A stretch of 59,205 nt of DNA, counting the filler. It is 4 parts of 4 records of this genome, joined end to end, with 100 filler letters (N's around TTAATTAATTAA, not from the genome) between each part and the next. Parts side by side here need not be neighbours in the genome. Positions count along the whole stretch, not along the records: positions 9,645 to 17,273 come from DRR723986_8556; positions 17,374 to 44,451 come from DRR723986_8562; 2 more parts are not named here. One strand, given 5' to 3'. The notes under the pieces are model-generated. The model searched no databases. It had not been told where the DNA came from and saw only the letters and a list, made by a program, of their open reading frames with translations. Position 1 is the stretch's first letter. Each line of letters begins with the position of its first letter. This document shows, one piece after another, positions 10,688-21,936 of this stretch. A program made the translations under genes and the position numbers.

Positions 10688-11422
10688 CTACTCGAGCGTA
10701 GCCTCTTCTGCTGAGAGTATCCCGTCAACATTCCAAAGGACTTCGTCTGGGTCGGCAACAACAACCCCCTCAGCGCGTTGCATCCGGATAAAGACGGGCT
10801 CCGAATCGGGCTCATTCATGTTCTTCATGATGACCGTTATCAGTTGCGCTGATCGTTCTCGTCTAACTGTGTAGCCCTGTACAAACTGCCAATCCGCGTC
10901 AGTAGTCGAGGTAACCCTGCGTCCAGCGGGAGTGTCGAAAAAGGACAACGCAATGTCCTTTGCTTCACCTTCAAGCGAGAAGTAGTACTTCTCCAAGTCC
11001 GTGCCTGTTATTTGGCGATCTGGTTCAGGCAGTGTCAGCTCTAGTGCCAAGTAGATGTTACCGGAGGCAACAATGTCCATAAACACTTTGGCATTCTTGC
11101 CAGCCTCCTGATAGAGATAATCATTTTTTATACCAAGTGACGTGCCGGACCAAGCAGCTCCGAACACACCCAGGGCAGACGCGACGGTGCCCAACTTAAG
11201 CCCAGATCCGCCGTCATCAGCCTTCAAGCCCAACACGGCAGCCCCCAGCCCGGCAACAACAGCCGCAATACAAATAAGAAACGCTCCCGGCGCTAGGATC
11301 GCCACCAGCCCAACAACGCCTAGAAAGACTGCGGCGATCCCAAGTTTGCTGACTTTGGGTGCCTCGTAAGTCTCGTTTGTTTCCAGGGAACGAAAGGCTG
11401 GAGAAGTGCTGTCATCTACCAT
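10688..11422 (-). CDS. hypothetical membrane protein
   Basis: 244-aa ORF with 2-3 N-terminal hydrophobic helices, filling the gap between aroE and rplL. Confidence 0.7.
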   Translation of the reverse strand: MVDDSTSPAFRSLETNETYEAPKVSKLGIAAVFLGVVGLVAILAPGAFLICIAAVVAGLGAAVLGLKADDGGSGLKLGTVASALGVFGAAWSGTSLGIKNDYLYQEAGKNAKVFMDIVASGNIYLALELTLPEPDRQITGTDLEKYYFSLEGEAKDIALSFFDTPAGRRVTSTTDADWQFVQGYTVRRERSAQLITVIMKNMNEPDSEPVFIRMQRAEGVVVADPDEVLWNVDGILSAEEATLE

Positions 11423-11693
11423 CGTCAGTGCTGCGTGCTAGGAATGCTAGGGATCTTGTAGGGATGCGACTCGCTCGAACCTCTAATCTACGCACTGAAG
11501 CCCCAAAATGTTTGCCAACACTCGTTCGCTGGCTGAGAATCCCAATAGTCGCGTCGTCCATACCTGCGAAGCACAACCTGAAAGCGATTTGGCTGGTGTC
11601 CGATCAATTGTCGGCTGAATACCGAATCGCCACAGAAGTTTCAGCAAACGGGCCATGCTGGGCCCTAAGGCTGTCGAGCAACAAAACTCCAGC

Positions 11694-11724
11694 AAAAAAC
11701 CCGCGTGCTGGGCACGCGGGTTTT
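11694..11724 (-). terminator. intrinsic terminator after rplL
   Basis: AAAACCCGCGTGC-TGG-GCACGCGGGTTTT hairpin with U-tract on the minus strand. Confidence 0.85.
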
Positions 11725-11757
11725 GGATTTTAGATGAACTCTAACTGGCTACAGAAC

Positions 11758-12156
11758 TTACTTGAGTTCTACGGTAGCACCAGCTTCTTCGAGTTCCTTC
11801 TTGACCTTCTCGGCTTCGTCCTTGTCGACGCCTTCCTTGACCTTGGCAGGAACGCCTTCAACCATCTTCTTAGCGTCCATCAGCGAAGCGCCGGTCAGGT
11901 TCTTAACAACCTTCACAACGTTCAGCTTAGCGTCGCCGAAGCTAGTCATGACTACGTCGAATTCGGTCTGCTCAGCAGCTCCGCCGCCGTCCCCATCAGC
12001 AGGAGCTGCAGCCATAACGACTCCGCCACCTGCAGCAGCTTCGATGCCGTGCTCTTCCTTGAGGTAATCGCTAAGCTCTTTGGCTTGCTTCAGAGTAAGG
12101 CCAACGATGGATTCGCCGAGTTGCTTGATATCGTCTGCAAATTCTGTTTCAGACAT
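11758..12156 (-). CDS. rplL: 50S ribosomal protein L7/L12
   Basis: EQTEFDVVM...KLNVVKVVK...[11 protein letters not shown]. Confidence 0.97.
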   Translation of the reverse strand: MSETEFADDIKQLGESIVGLTLKQAKELSDYLKEEHGIEAAAGGGVVMAAAPADGDGGGAAEQTEFDVVMTSFGDAKLNVVKVVKNLTGASLMDAKKMVEGVPAKVKEGVDKDEAEKVKKELEEAGATVELK

Positions 12157-12281
12157 GTGTTACACCCTTTAATCAATGAAACGTGTTTTAAGTTGGAACG
12201 TTGCTGCAAGTAAGTGTTCAGCCATTCCGGGTAAGGTTTATTGAAAATCTGGCTGGAGGAGGGCCCAGCACGAACAGTCTC

Positions 12282-12812
12282 CTATGCCTCGCCCTCCTTA
12301 TTCTCAACCAACTTTTTGATTTGACCGGCTAGCTGGGAGCCAGCACCGAGCAGTTGACCAGAAAGCTGCGATCCAGGGCCGAGGATTTGCCCAACGAGCA
12401 GAGAAATCTGCTCTTCGCGGTTTGGCCATTTGCTGATTTCGAGGACCTTCTCTGGTGAGAGTGCCTCTCCATCCATCACGCCGCCTTTGAGAATGAACTT
12501 CTCAAAATCACCACTCTTGATGACTGCAGCGATCTCTTTCGCCAAGCTAACGAAATCTTCGCAGCCCCAGACAACGGCGACAGATCCCTGCTTCGATTCG
12601 AAGAGTGGACTAAGCGAACTTTCTTCCGTGGCACGGTAAGCGAGCGAACGCTTAACGACCAGCATATTAACGCCCTTCTCGCGGAAGAGCTTTCTAATCC
12701 GAAACGAAGCATCGGAGTCGAGGCCGATCACGTCGACGATGATCGCATCAGCGACGCCGTCCAACCGACCTTTGATTTCGTTCGAGATTAGGTTCTTAAC
12801 GTACTTACTCAT
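12282..12812 (-). CDS. rplJ: 50S ribosomal protein L10
   Basis: LKGGVMDGE...SKWPNREE; position between rplA and rplL. Confidence 0.93.
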   Translation of the reverse strand: MSKYVKNLISNEIKGRLDGVADAIIVDVIGLDSDASFRIRKLFREKGVNMLVVKRSLAYRATEESSLSPLFESKQGSVAVVWGCEDFVSLAKEIAAVIKSGDFEKFILKGGVMDGEALSPEKVLEISKWPNREEQISLLVGQILGPGSQLSGQLLGAGSQLAGQIKKLVENKEGEA

Positions 12813-12900
12813 GGCTATGTTCCGAACCCAAAATTAACCGCATCGGCGGCTTGTTGATTTTTCTTGCTAACGATCCTCATGCTCAGCAGCAGCGAATCGT

Positions 12901-13578
12901 TTATGCGGCAACGCGAACACTTGGCGACATCGTCGCACACAGTGAAATACTCTTGATGTACGTGCCCTTAACCGCCTGTGGCTTCAGTCCGTTGACATAG
13001 TTCAAGAACGCTTCGATGTTCTCGATCAACTTTGGAGCTTCGAAACTCAGCTTGCCGACGACAGCGTGCAAGTTGGAGCCCTTGTCATTACGGAACTCAA
13101 CCTTACCAGCCTTGTACTCGCCAATAACCCGAGCAACGTCCATGGTTACTGTGCCAGCACGAGGGGCGGGCATCAAGCCGCGAGGTCCGAGGACCTTACC
13201 CAACGGGCCAACTAGTCCCATCATGTCCGGTGTTGCAATACAAACATCAAAGTCGGTCCAGCCGTCCTTGATCTTCTTCGCCAAGTCTTCCTGGCCAACG
13301 TGGTCGGCACCGGCTTCTTCGGCCGCTTTGGCCAAATCGCCCTTGGCGAACACAACGATACGCTGCGTCTTACCGATACCATTTGGAAGGACAACGCTAC
13401 CGCGGACGATCTGATCTGCTTGTGCAGGATCAACGCCGAGGTGCATATGGATTTCAACCGTTTGGTCGAATTTACGAGCAGGAAAGCTCTTGAGAACTTC
13501 AACTGCTTGAGCCAATGGCAGAGGACCCTCAGGTGCCTTCTCCGCCATGGCTTTCATCGCCTTGGTTAGCTTCACCAT
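12901..13578 (-). CDS. rplA: 50S ribosomal protein L1
   Basis: [32 protein letters not shown]. Confidence 0.97.
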   Translation of the reverse strand: MVKLTKAMKAMAEKAPEGPLPLAQAVEVLKSFPARKFDQTVEIHMHLGVDPAQADQIVRGSVVLPNGIGKTQRIVVFAKGDLAKAAEEAGADHVGQEDLAKKIKDGWTDFDVCIATPDMMGLVGPLGKVLGPRGLMPAPRAGTVTMDVARVIGEYKAGKVEFRNDKGSNLHAVVGKLSFEAPKLIENIEAFLNYVNGLKPQAVKGTYIKSISLCATMSPSVRVAA

Positions 13579-13581
13579 AGT

Positions 13582-14007
13582 TTAACCCTCGACCTCCAGT
13601 CCCATGCTTCTCGCCGTACCTTCGATCATGCGAGCTGCATGCTCTAGGTCTCGCGCGTTGAGATCAGCCATCTTCTTGTTGCAGATGTCTTCAATCTGAG
13701 CCCGAGTTACCTTGCCAACCTTTTTCGTGTTCGGTTCGCCAGAACCGCTCGCGATTCCCGCAGCAGCCTTCAAAAGTGAAGCTGCTGGAGGACTCTTGGT
13801 GACAAAGTCGAAAGAACGGTCAGAGTAGACCGTTACAATCACAGGAATCGGAGTCCCGTTATACTCTTTGGTTCGATCATTGAAAGCAGATACGAACTGC
13901 CCCAAGTTGATACCAAATTTACCGAGCGAAGTACCAACCGGAGGCGCGGGTGTTGCCTGCCCTCCAGGTACTTGAAACTTCGCCTCACCGACGACTTGTT
14001 TCGCCAT
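13582..14007 (-). CDS. rplK: 50S ribosomal protein L11
   Basis: [23 protein letters not shown]; start at MAKQ. Confidence 0.97.
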   Translation of the reverse strand: MAKQVVGEAKFQVPGGQATPAPPVGTSLGKFGINLGQFVSAFNDRTKEYNGTPIPVIVTVYSDRSFDFVTKSPPAASLLKAAAGIASGSGEPNTKKVGKVTRAQIEDICNKKMADLNARDLEHAARMIEGTARSMGLEVEG

Positions 14008-14343
14008 TGAAATCAATCTCCTCTGAGCACATCCTCGGCAATGCCAATCAGCACGACTTCAGATCTGCTTTGTAACTCGCCGAACCACACTGGACCAGAA
14101 TCACGAGCGATGCTGCTTACCGGTGCAGATGTGGGTTTGTTGCTTGTTTATGCAAAATTGTCTGTATGCGGTCTCGCCAGAGCTGAAACACATCTCAGCA
14201 CGTGGCAACGTAACTCTTTGTTCGTCAGGTTGGGTCAGCTAGTTTCTTCGGCCAGCACTTCGGCGTGCTCGGAACCACTTCTGTTGGTCAGCCTCCACGA
14301 ATTAGGACCAAAGGTCGCTTGGTGGAGGAGCATCGCTGGCAGA

Positions 14344-14937
14344 TTAAACTTCTTCGATCTGCCAGTGATCTAATTCAACAGGAGTGCTCCGACCGAAAAT
14401 GCTAATGATCACCGTTACGCGACCATTGGCCTCATCGACCTTCTCAACTTCGCCTTCCAGGTTCTGGAAGTTCCCCTCTTTGACTCGCACTCTGTCCCCA
14501 CTACGGAACGGAATTGCGGTCTTCAGAGCGGGTTCTCCCTCTTCTTCGTCATCCTCAACCGGCTTCGGCATGATCTTCTCAACATCGTGAGGATCCATCG
14601 GAGTCGGCTTTCCTCCCGAGCCAGTGAAATCACCAACTCCAGGAGTCTCCCTGACCAAGAACCAGGAGTCATCATTGATGGTCATATAGGCCATCAGATA
14701 ACCTGGATAGAGTTTCCGCTTTACGACGCGGCGAGTTCCATTGCGAGTGAACGTGACAACATCTTCGGTGGGAACAAGAATTTCACCAAAGTGCTCTTCC
14801 ATACCCGCGATCTTGATGCGTTTAAGCATCGCGTCGCGAATACTGTCTTCTCTGTTGAACGCAACCTTGATGATGTACCAGTCCATACCGGTAGCAGCAC
14901 CTGCGGTTGGCGATTCTTGTTGTTCTTCGTCACTCAC
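14344..14937 (-). CDS. nusG: transcription termination/antitermination factor NusG
   Basis: WYII..., LYPGYL, VRETPGVGDF, KOW domain, IFGRSTPVEL; GTG start inferred. Confidence 0.95.
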   Translation of the reverse strand: MSDEEQQESPTAGAATGMDWYIIKVAFNREDSIRDAMLKRIKIAGMEEHFGEILVPTEDVVTFTRNGTRRVVKRKLYPGYLMAYMTINDDSWFLVRETPGVGDFTGSGGKPTPMDPHDVEKIMPKPVEDDEEEGEPALKTAIPFRSGDRVRVKEGNFQNLEGEVEKVDEANGRVTVIISIFGRSTPVELDHWQIEEV

Positions 14938-15040
14938 CAATGCACCCCCACGCCAGTACAAGCGATCGCAGATCTTTCCAGTTAAACCGGAGCAACCTGC
15001 TGTCATCTCCTGGCTAGGAAGATTGAATCTTGTAGTAAAA

Positions 15041-15478
15041 TTACGATGAAATACCCAGCAGTCCAAACAGGAACCGCCAGAGGGCATCATAGCCAAACAA
15101 AATTGCAGACAAGAACAGAATCGTGAAAATCACCACGATTGATGCCCTGACTAGCTCTTTCTGAGTTGGCCAAGATACTTTGTTCAATTCGGCTTCCACC
15201 GAAATCAAAAAGTCCGCGAACTTAGGCCAGTTGACCAAACGAAACGCGAACCAAAAACCAACTGCACCAATGGCAACTGCGACCAGGTAGCTCGTCCAAG
15301 TAACGCCCATTCGTGGCGTGAGGACAAGTGAATGGAATCGCCAGGCTGCGGCAGCGACAATCACCCAGATCGCCAGGCAGGTAATCTGCCGAACCATCCG
15401 TCCTTGATTGCGCTTGTACAGCCCAGATGCAAACATCTCTTGCATCAATGGCCTGGTGATCGTGGAGTCTTTGGACAT
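15041..15478 (-). CDS. secE: preprotein translocase subunit SecE
   Basis: EAELNKVSWPT motif, three TM helices. Confidence 0.93.
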   Translation of the reverse strand: MSKDSTITRPLMQEMFASGLYKRNQGRMVRQITCLAIWVIVAAAAWRFHSLVLTPRMGVTWTSYLVAVAIGAVGFWFAFRLVNWPKFADFLISVEAELNKVSWPTQKELVRASIVVIFTILFLSAILFGYDALWRFLFGLLGISS

Positions 15479-15587
15479 TTCTGACTCTCAGTCGAAATCC
15501 AATCGCTGCGAGCAGCGACCTTTGTTTTCCCGGCGGGACGAAACCTGAATGCAGGTTCGCGACGCCGAAAAAGTTAAGTTCCATCAG

Positions 15588-15660
15588 CAGGGGCGGAGGG
15601 ACTTGAACCCGCAACCGCTGGTTTTGGAAACCAGTGCTCTGCCAATTGAGCTACACCCCT
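15588..15660 (-). tRNA. tRNA-Trp(CCA)
   Basis: complete cloverleaf AGGGGTGTAGCTCAATTGGCAGAGC...TTCCAAA...GGTTCAAGTCC; no encoded CCA; canonical position before secE. Confidence 0.95.
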
Positions 15661-15902
15661 GTTTGCAGGCCAGCCAACCAAAAGCCAAACGTGGCCGTCA
15701 AGCCAATGGGGTGGATGAACCGCAGGCAGTGCAAGAAAACGCACCGAAGTGGCATCCTGCAATTGTTTCTGTTCAGTACTGCGTAAGTGGACCAGCTTCG
15801 GGCGAAGATAGCAACCCTAACTGACTGCAGAACAGACATAAATTGGCCACGGCAGTTGCCTACCATGGCCAATCGTTTTATTCGCAATCGAGCAACTAAT
15901 TC

Positions 15903-17099
15903 TTACTCGACGATCTTGGTTACAACGCCAGATCCAACGGTCTTGCCGCCTTCGCGAATCGCGAAGCGAACACCATCATCCATAGCGATCTTCTTCTGAA
16001 GCTCAACTTCGATCTTCACGTTGTCACCAGGCATGCACATTTCTGCACCGATCAGGTTTGCAGAGCCGGTAACGTCAGTGGTTCGGAAGTAGAACTGTGG
16101 GCGGTAACCACTGAAGAATGGCGTGTGACGGCCACCTTCGTCTTTGCTCAAGCAGTAGATTTCAGCTTCGAACTTGTGGTGAGGAGTGATGCTTCCTGGC
16201 TTGGCCAAAACCTGACCACGCTGGATTTCATCTCGCTTCATACCACGAAGCAGGCAACCAACGTTGTCTCCCGCGCGGCCTTCACCCATTTCCTTTCGGA
16301 ACATTTCAACACCGGTGACGGTCGTCTTAGCAGCTTCGTCGGTCAAGCCAATCAGCTCAACTTCTTCACCTACCTTGATAACACCACGCTCAACACGACC
16401 GGTAGCAACTGTACCACGACCTTCGATCGAGAAGACGTCTTCGATCGCCATCAAGAATGGCTTGTCTTCTTCGCGAGCTGGTTGTGGGATGTAGCTGTCG
16501 ACTTGCTCAAGCAGCTCAGTGATGCAAGCGCTTGCTTCTGGGTCAGCAGGATTGTTGTACGCACCAAGTGCATTTCCCTTGACGATTGGAATGTCGTCGC
16601 CAGGGAAGTCGTACTTGCTGAGTAGCTCGCGAACTTCTAGTTCAACAAGCTCAAGCAATTCTGGATCATCAACCAGGTCGCACTTGTTCAGGAATACAAC
16701 GATCGCAGGAACGTCAACCTGACGAGCCAGCAGTACGTGTTCCTTCGTCTGCGGCATTGGGCCGTCAGCAGCACTTACGACCAAGATAGCGCCATCCATT
16801 TGGGCGGCACCAGTGATCATGTTCTTAATAAAGTCAGCGTGACCAGGGCAGTCAATGTGAGCGTAGTGACGATTTTCAGTTTCGTACTCTACGTGAGAAA
16901 CCGCGATGGTAACCGTCTTCGTGTCGTCACGAACGGTACCGCCCTTAGCGATATCCGAATACTTCTTAGCTTCTGCAAGCCCCTTGGCTGCCTGTACGGC
17001 AAGCAGAGCACCTGTGGTGGTTGTTTTGCCGTGGTCAATGTGACCGATAGTGCCGACGTTACAGTGCGGCTTTGTACGATTGAACTGCTCTTTGGCCAT
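15903..17099 (-). CDS. tuf: elongation factor Tu
   Basis: [42 protein letters not shown]. Confidence 0.98.
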   Translation of the reverse strand: MAKEQFNRTKPHCNVGTIGHIDHGKTTTTGALLAVQAAKGLAEAKKYSDIAKGGTVRDDTKTVTIAVSHVEYETENRHYAHIDCPGHADFIKNMITGAAQMDGAILVVSAADGPMPQTKEHVLLARQVDVPAIVVFLNKCDLVDDPELLELVELEVRELLSKYDFPGDDIPIVKGNALGAYNNPADPEASACITELLEQVDSYIPQPAREEDKPFLMAIEDVFSIEGRGTVATGRVERGVIKVGEEVELIGLTDEAAKTTVTGVEMFRKEMGEGRAGDNVGCLLRGMKRDEIQRGQVLAKPGSITPHHKFEAEIYCLSKDEGGRHTPFFSGYRPQFYFRTTDVTGSANLIGAEMCMPGDNVKIEVELQKKIAMDDGVRFAIREGGKTVGSGVVTKIVE

Positions 17100-17219
17100 T
17101 GTCCGTTACACCTAACACAAAAATCTTGAGATTTGCACGTACCTAAACCTGGCGTGCAACCGACCAGGACGAAATTTTCATCATCACCACGCGGCTCGCC
17201 CGAACACGAATCAGGCAAG

Positions 17220-17273
<54 letters not shown>

Positions 17274-17373
17274 NNNNNNNNNNNNNNNNNNNNNNNNNNN
17301 NNNNNNNNNNNNNNNNNTTAATTAATTAANNNNNNNNNNNNNNNNNNNNNNNNNNNNNNNNNNNNNNNNNNNN
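17274..17373. other. artificial contig linker
   Basis: N run with TTAATTAATTAA. Confidence 0.99.
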
Positions 17374-17423
17374 GCTATTAATAGCATTAAATTTTTCATG
17401 ATGTTAGTTTTATAAGTGGATAA

Positions 17424-18665
17424 TCAATTACCTGAATGATCCGTCAGGAGTAGCGGGTGCCCTGCCTTGACTGACACTTTGATAAGCTTTGCCTTCTTAC
17501 TTAAAATACCCTGGACCGTTTCCATTCCCGCCCTGGTAGCCTGCGCCTCCCAGGACGATGACACCCCCATCATATTTATGGACTGTATCCCATCACCTGC
17601 TCCCTGCTTGACCGCATCACGGGTGATGGCATTTGGAATCTTTATACCGGGAAGTGCATCCAAGTCGACTGCCTCCATACGGACAGGAATGATTAGGTTG
17701 CCAGCACGAATATGCCGTACCTCAATATTCAGCCGTTCCCCGTTAAGCGTACACACCCCCGTTACAGGTGTACCTGATAAAAATTCTACCCCATCAATGA
17801 ATACGGGCTGAGTCAGTTCCATTTCGATGGAAGCGCCCGTCACAACTTCCTGGTCTTTGGTCACTTGAGCAGATATTGCAGGCCGGATAGCTGCAAAGGA
17901 TTGCTGCCGATCACTTTCCAATGAATAGAACCCATTTCGTTCTCTCCCGCTATTGGCAGATTCCTTAGATGGCTCTGCTTGGGTACTTTGTTCATCCAGA
18001 CTGACGGCAAAAACAGCCTTCCTTTCCTGTCCATTTGTCTGAGACATGCGCTCATGCACCCGTTGCGGATGCTGCACATCCAGTAATTTATCCAGCATGG
18101 CATCAATCCGAGCCATCTCTGGATCTGCCATTTCAGGGGCTGTAACAGATGCCATCATAGCTTCCAGCCGTTGCAGGTCAAGATCGGCAGAAGCATTCCC
18201 ATGCACCGGAACTTCGGGGTCAACCGAAACCATTTCCTGACCGCTAGATTCCTGCGACACATTCGCTTGCCTGAGTAATTGTTCCAGGGTAAACAATTTT
18301 TCCTGCAACTCGATCTCCTTTTCCTGCAATGTGCTTTCCTGTCCAATAGGTACAATAAAAGGATGAGAAGAATCCTCCTTCTCTGTTGCATTTTCAGCAA
18401 ACGGATCCATTCTTCTTTGCTCCATTACCTGCGAAGCTCTTTTTTCCGCCTGTTCATAGGATTCCAGTTTATTCAAAACAAGCGGTTCCAACTGGGCTTC
18501 CGGTAGCATCATGTTCAATCCTTCCTGTGGTTCTTGCCTAGCATTATCATTACCAGTACCTCCTCCCATCGCCCAGAAGGCAAGGCAAAGAAATGGCAGG
18601 GTAAGGATGGGAAGAGCAAGTAAGAATTTTCGCTCTTTTTTCTGTTTTTCAGTTAGCTGCATCAT
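17424..18665 (-). CDS. traM: conjugative transposon protein TraM
   Basis: RKFLLALPIL.LPF...FWAMGGG, LDKLLDVQHP, D.D.LPGI.IP, K.KLIKVSVKAG. Confidence 0.92.
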   Translation of the reverse strand: MMQLTEKQKKERKFLLALPILTLPFLCLAFWAMGGGTGNDNARQEPQEGLNMMLPEAQLEPLVLNKLESYEQAEKRASQVMEQRRMDPFAENATEKEDSSHPFIVPIGQESTLQEKEIELQEKLFTLEQLLRQANVSQESSGQEMVSVDPEVPVHGNASADLDLQRLEAMMASVTAPEMADPEMARIDAMLDKLLDVQHPQRVHERMSQTNGQERKAVFAVSLDEQSTQAEPSKESANSGRERNGFYSLESDRQQSFAAIRPAISAQVTKDQEVVTGASIEMELTQPVFIDGVEFLSGTPVTGVCTLNGERLNIEVRHIRAGNLIIPVRMEAVDLDALPGIKIPNAITRDAVKQGAGDGIQSINMMGVSSSWEAQATRAGMETVQGILSKKAKLIKVSVKAGHPLLLTDHSGN

Positions 18666-18673
18666 ATTATGGA

Positions 18674-18943
18674 TTACTTATATGGTTTATAGTTTAATGA
18701 GTCGTAGTAAATCAGCGGAGGTTCATATGAAGGGAGGCGCAGGGAGGCGCTGTTTTCTGAGGGCATTTCCAGAATCAAATTCCCCACTAGCACTGCAATG
18801 GAAAGCAGTATAAACCCAAGGATCAATTGTTTTTTAGCCTGCTCTGGGAGTCGGTTTATCTTATTGGAAATCAGAGAAGCATATTTTTCGGTGAAGGCAC
18901 TTTTCTGAAATGCAGCGAAAACAGTTATCCCCAGTATTCTCAT
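18674..18943 (-). CDS. small membrane protein at the TraL position
   Basis: 89 aa, single TM helix, between traK and traM. Confidence 0.55.
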   Translation of the reverse strand: MRILGITVFAAFQKSAFTEKYASLISNKINRLPEQAKKQLILGFILLSIAVLVGNLILEMPSENSASLRLPSYEPPLIYYDSLNYKPYK

Positions 18944-19557
18944 CGTTTACTCACCGTTATCGTTTCGTTGGAAAGGGTTTCCCAGTTTTCTATCAGGAAT
19001 CCGTGGGGATTCTGATCAGTCCGGTCAATGTGTCGCAGCCTTCCTTGGGTGATCAGACTTCTGGTCACCACCGAAGTTGGCCGGATAATCTTTTGCTTTC
19101 CATAAAACCTGAAATCAAAAGGATAAGAATCTATCGAGATGCTCACACTGTCCGTCTCGACGGTCTGATTCATATTGGCCGATACGATTTCTGTGTAATA
19201 GCCCCTTTCTCGCAGGTTATCGTAGACTTTCTTGGCAGAGCCATCCGCCAGATACAAGCTTTTGGACACTTGCTCCCTGATGAAGTTTTCGTCCGGACTC
19301 AGGGAGAAGAAATAATGATGGAACATCCTAACGTGATCCCTTGCCTCTACCGGTATATTTTCTTTTTTCGTAGCCGAAAAAGCTTCCAGTGCTTTTCCTT
19401 CAGCCAATATATAGATCCGCTCCTGTGCTGCCTGGGTTACCTCTATTGCTTTCATTCCCAGGTATCCTGACAGGCAGAGTGATCCAAGTATAGCGGCAAA
19501 AGAGAGGTATTTTACATGCTGGAAAGCAGTATCCAAATTTTTCAGGTTTTGAAACAT
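18940..19557 (-). CDS. traK: conjugative transposon protein TraK
   Basis: MFQNLKNLDTAF, EARDHVRMFHHYFFSLSPD, NPHGFLIENW. Confidence 0.95.
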   Translation of the reverse strand: MFQNLKNLDTAFQHVKYLSFAAILGSLCLSGYLGMKAIEVTQAAQERIYILAEGKALEAFSATKKENIPVEARDHVRMFHHYFFSLSPDENFIREQVSKSLYLADGSAKKVYDNLRERGYYTEIVSANMNQTVETDSVSISIDSYPFDFRFYGKQKIIRPTSVVTRSLITQGRLRHIDRTDQNPHGFLIENWETLSNETITVSKR

Positions 19558-19563
19558 AGGCCT

Positions 19564-20547
19564 TTATTTAATGACTTGTTGAATAACTGTGGTACCACCC
19601 ACCGCACCGGATTTAGCTGCCCGTGTGGTATTATTGAGTAAACCATCCCGGCCGCCGGGCTGTACAATAAATCCCGCCACATTGGGCACTGTCATATAAC
19701 CGATAATGGCAATGACCATAAATACCAGGTATCCAATCGATGATGTAAAATCACCGTCCAATACCATCATATTGAGTTGAATTTTGGCGATGATGGCCCC
19801 GAAGATGTTGGCTACCGGGAGCCACATGGAAATATTGATGTAGCGGGCAAACCAAGCCGCCATCGTATGCTGAAACCCATCAAAAACAGACAGACCAAAG
19901 ACAATCGGACCTAAGATGGACAATACTATCAGCTGAAAGGTGCGGATGGTATTGATGCAAAGTGCCGCTGCAAAAAACAGCATCTGCAAGAATTCGGAAA
20001 TCAGCTTACTGATAATCGCTTTCAGGTTAAATACAAAAACCTCGTTAGCCATCCGCTCAAAAAAGCCCATGTCCTTCAGGTTTTCAGGGTACTTTTGTTC
20101 TCCGCTCTCGGTGATATGATTGATATATGGCTCAAGTTGCTCAGCCTCCATTTCATAGATATGATTAGCGATAGCTTCGTTTGTTCCTTCTACCATTTCT
20201 GAGGTAGCCCGGATGATTGGGTTCATGGTTCCGTTCATCACCGCCAATACTTGCGGAAAAAGCATAATTGCAATACCTATCGCAAAAGGACGAAGCAATG
20301 GATACATATCAATAGGTTCAGAACGAGCGATATGGCTCCATACCCGCAAGCTGATATACCAGATGGCTGCAAATCCTGCCAGCGCCCGAGCCACCGTGAT
20401 CAGCTCATTGGCCAGCGGAATCATCTCACCGTAGAGTTGATCCAATACCTCATGCAGGCCTTCGACACTTCCGGAAATAGTCTGCGCATGGGCGGTTCCT
20501 GTAAGTAGGAATACTATTCCCACTAGCAAAAAGGCTTGTTTATTCAT
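19564..20547 (-). CDS. traJ: conjugative transposon protein TraJ
   Basis: EPIDMYPLLRPF, INTIRTFQLIVLSILGP, W.ARYIN..MWLPVAN; start at MNKQ. Confidence 0.95.
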   Translation of the reverse strand: MNKQAFLLVGIVFLLTGTAHAQTISGSVEGLHEVLDQLYGEMIPLANELITVARALAGFAAIWYISLRVWSHIARSEPIDMYPLLRPFAIGIAIMLFPQVLAVMNGTMNPIIRATSEMVEGTNEAIANHIYEMEAEQLEPYINHITESGEQKYPENLKDMGFFERMANEVFVFNLKAIISKLISEFLQMLFFAAALCINTIRTFQLIVLSILGPIVFGLSVFDGFQHTMAAWFARYINISMWLPVANIFGAIIAKIQLNMMVLDGDFTSSIGYLVFMVIAIIGYMTVPNVAGFIVQPGGRDGLLNNTTRAAKSGAVGGTTVIQQVIK

Positions 20548-20624
20548 GTGTATATAATTTGTCTTTTTAAAGTCCACCCTGCTGTGTGTCATTACTGAAA
20601 TACTTGCCTCAGTCAAGCTCGATT

Positions 20625-21275
20625 TCATGGATTTTTCCCGTTTAATCCCAAAATTGACTTGCGTTCATTTCTCTTTCTATTTCGTTGAATCCCAAGTGAT
20701 TTAATCTCTGTGTTTATATCCCGCAGAGAGACCAACAGACCAGACATTTCTACATGCAGGCGATCAATGGCTTCCAACCGTTCGAAGTCTGACATGCGCA
20801 GCTCCCCTGCGGTGAGAATCAGTACCAGCTCATCGAGGCTACGAAGGGAGGCTTTAAACAGCCCTTCATACATTCCCGCCAGAAATGCGAGCTCCGCTGC
20901 AGAAAAGGAATCCCCCTTGCTAACCTCCTTATAGGTGGATTTATATTCACGCAAAATCCGCTGTTGGTATTGAATGATTTCTGCTACACGGTAGTACTTT
21001 CTAACCTCAGGACTCACCTTAAGGAGTTCATTTAAAAATGCTTCGTGGAGCTTGAAATTCCCTTCGGCTATACTCTTTACCCTAGCATACCCCTGATCAA
21101 GAACTACATACCCTTTATGCATTTGGTCTAGGATTTCTTTCATCTGCATCAACTTTTCGTAATTCAGCATAAGCTGAGTAGCCTCATGGGTCTGGCTTCT
21201 CCCAAGCGTGGGTTGCAGCAACCCAAGCAGTAGCATCCCGCACCAAATGAGTTGTTCGATTTTACCTGACATCAT
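20625..21275 (-). CDS. secreted helical Tra-region protein (TraI/DUF4141-like paralog)
   Basis: signal peptide; MSDFERLEAID motif; between traG and traJ. Confidence 0.7.
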   Translation of the reverse strand: MMSGKIEQLIWCGMLLLGLLQPTLGRSQTHEATQLMLNYEKLMQMKEILDQMHKGYVVLDQGYARVKSIAEGNFKLHEAFLNELLKVSPEVRKYYRVAEIIQYQQRILREYKSTYKEVSKGDSFSAAELAFLAGMYEGLFKASLRSLDELVLILTAGELRMSDFERLEAIDRLHVEMSGLLVSLRDINTEIKSLGIQRNRKRNERKSILGLNGKNP

Positions 21276-21936
21276 AGAACCGGTTAAGCTGTTGGGGTTG
21301 GGTTTCTTTTCGTTTTCTGTGCATTTCCAGTAACCGGATTTGCCCGTTGTAAGCTTTCAAACCTAAAAAAAGCTGTTGAATCCCGACGTACATTCCATCC
21401 ATCGCAGCCAGCCGCTCTCCATCATCCATTTCATAGTGATCCGAAGTCAGCAAATCATTAAGTTCACTCACGACAAACCCCGACTGCTCTTTAATTTCCC
21501 TGTTGAATTTATTGACAGCCAGTATCTCCCCCTCTTCCAGCATCGTTTGATCAATCAAATAGGTATTCATCCAATCCAACTCCCTGTTGATCTGTGTATA
21601 CACTTTCAGTATTTGCCGCGCAATCGGGTAATCCCGGACTACAGGATGGACAGGTTTCAGGGATCCGAAGTAATCAGTGTGAAGTGAGAATTCACCGTCC
21701 TGGATGTCTCCGACCATACTCCATCCTACCTTGGCTATTTCATATCCTTTTTTCGCCACCTCCAGGTAGGCAGACAGTGCAGCTATCTGATTGAGTTTGT
21801 AGCTGGTCTGCAGCTTTTTCTGTTTGGTCCACTCCTCCAGGGCCTGGGACTTTACACAAGTTCCAGAACACACCATAACCAGCAGGAGAATCACCCTGCT
21901 TACTCTCCAGGAATAATTATTTTCCATCCAAATCAT
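21262..21936 (-). CDS. secreted helical Tra-region protein (paralog)
   Basis: signal peptide; MDDGERLAAMD motif. Confidence 0.7.
   Translation of the reverse strand: MIWMENNYSWRVSRVILLLVMVCSGTCVKSQALEEWTKQKKLQTSYKLNQIAALSAYLEVAKKGYEIAKVGWSMVGDIQDGEFSLHTDYFGSLKPVHPVVRDYPIARQILKVYTQINRELDWMNTYLIDQTMLEEGEILAVNKFNREIKEQSGFVVSELNDLLTSDHYEMDDGERLAAMDGMYVGIQQLFLGLKAYNGQIRLLEMHRKRKETQPQQLNRFYDVR

Noticed and set aside
17374-17399. Probable traN start (MKNLMLLI)
   Set aside because: Only 8 codons before the gap; supported by position alone
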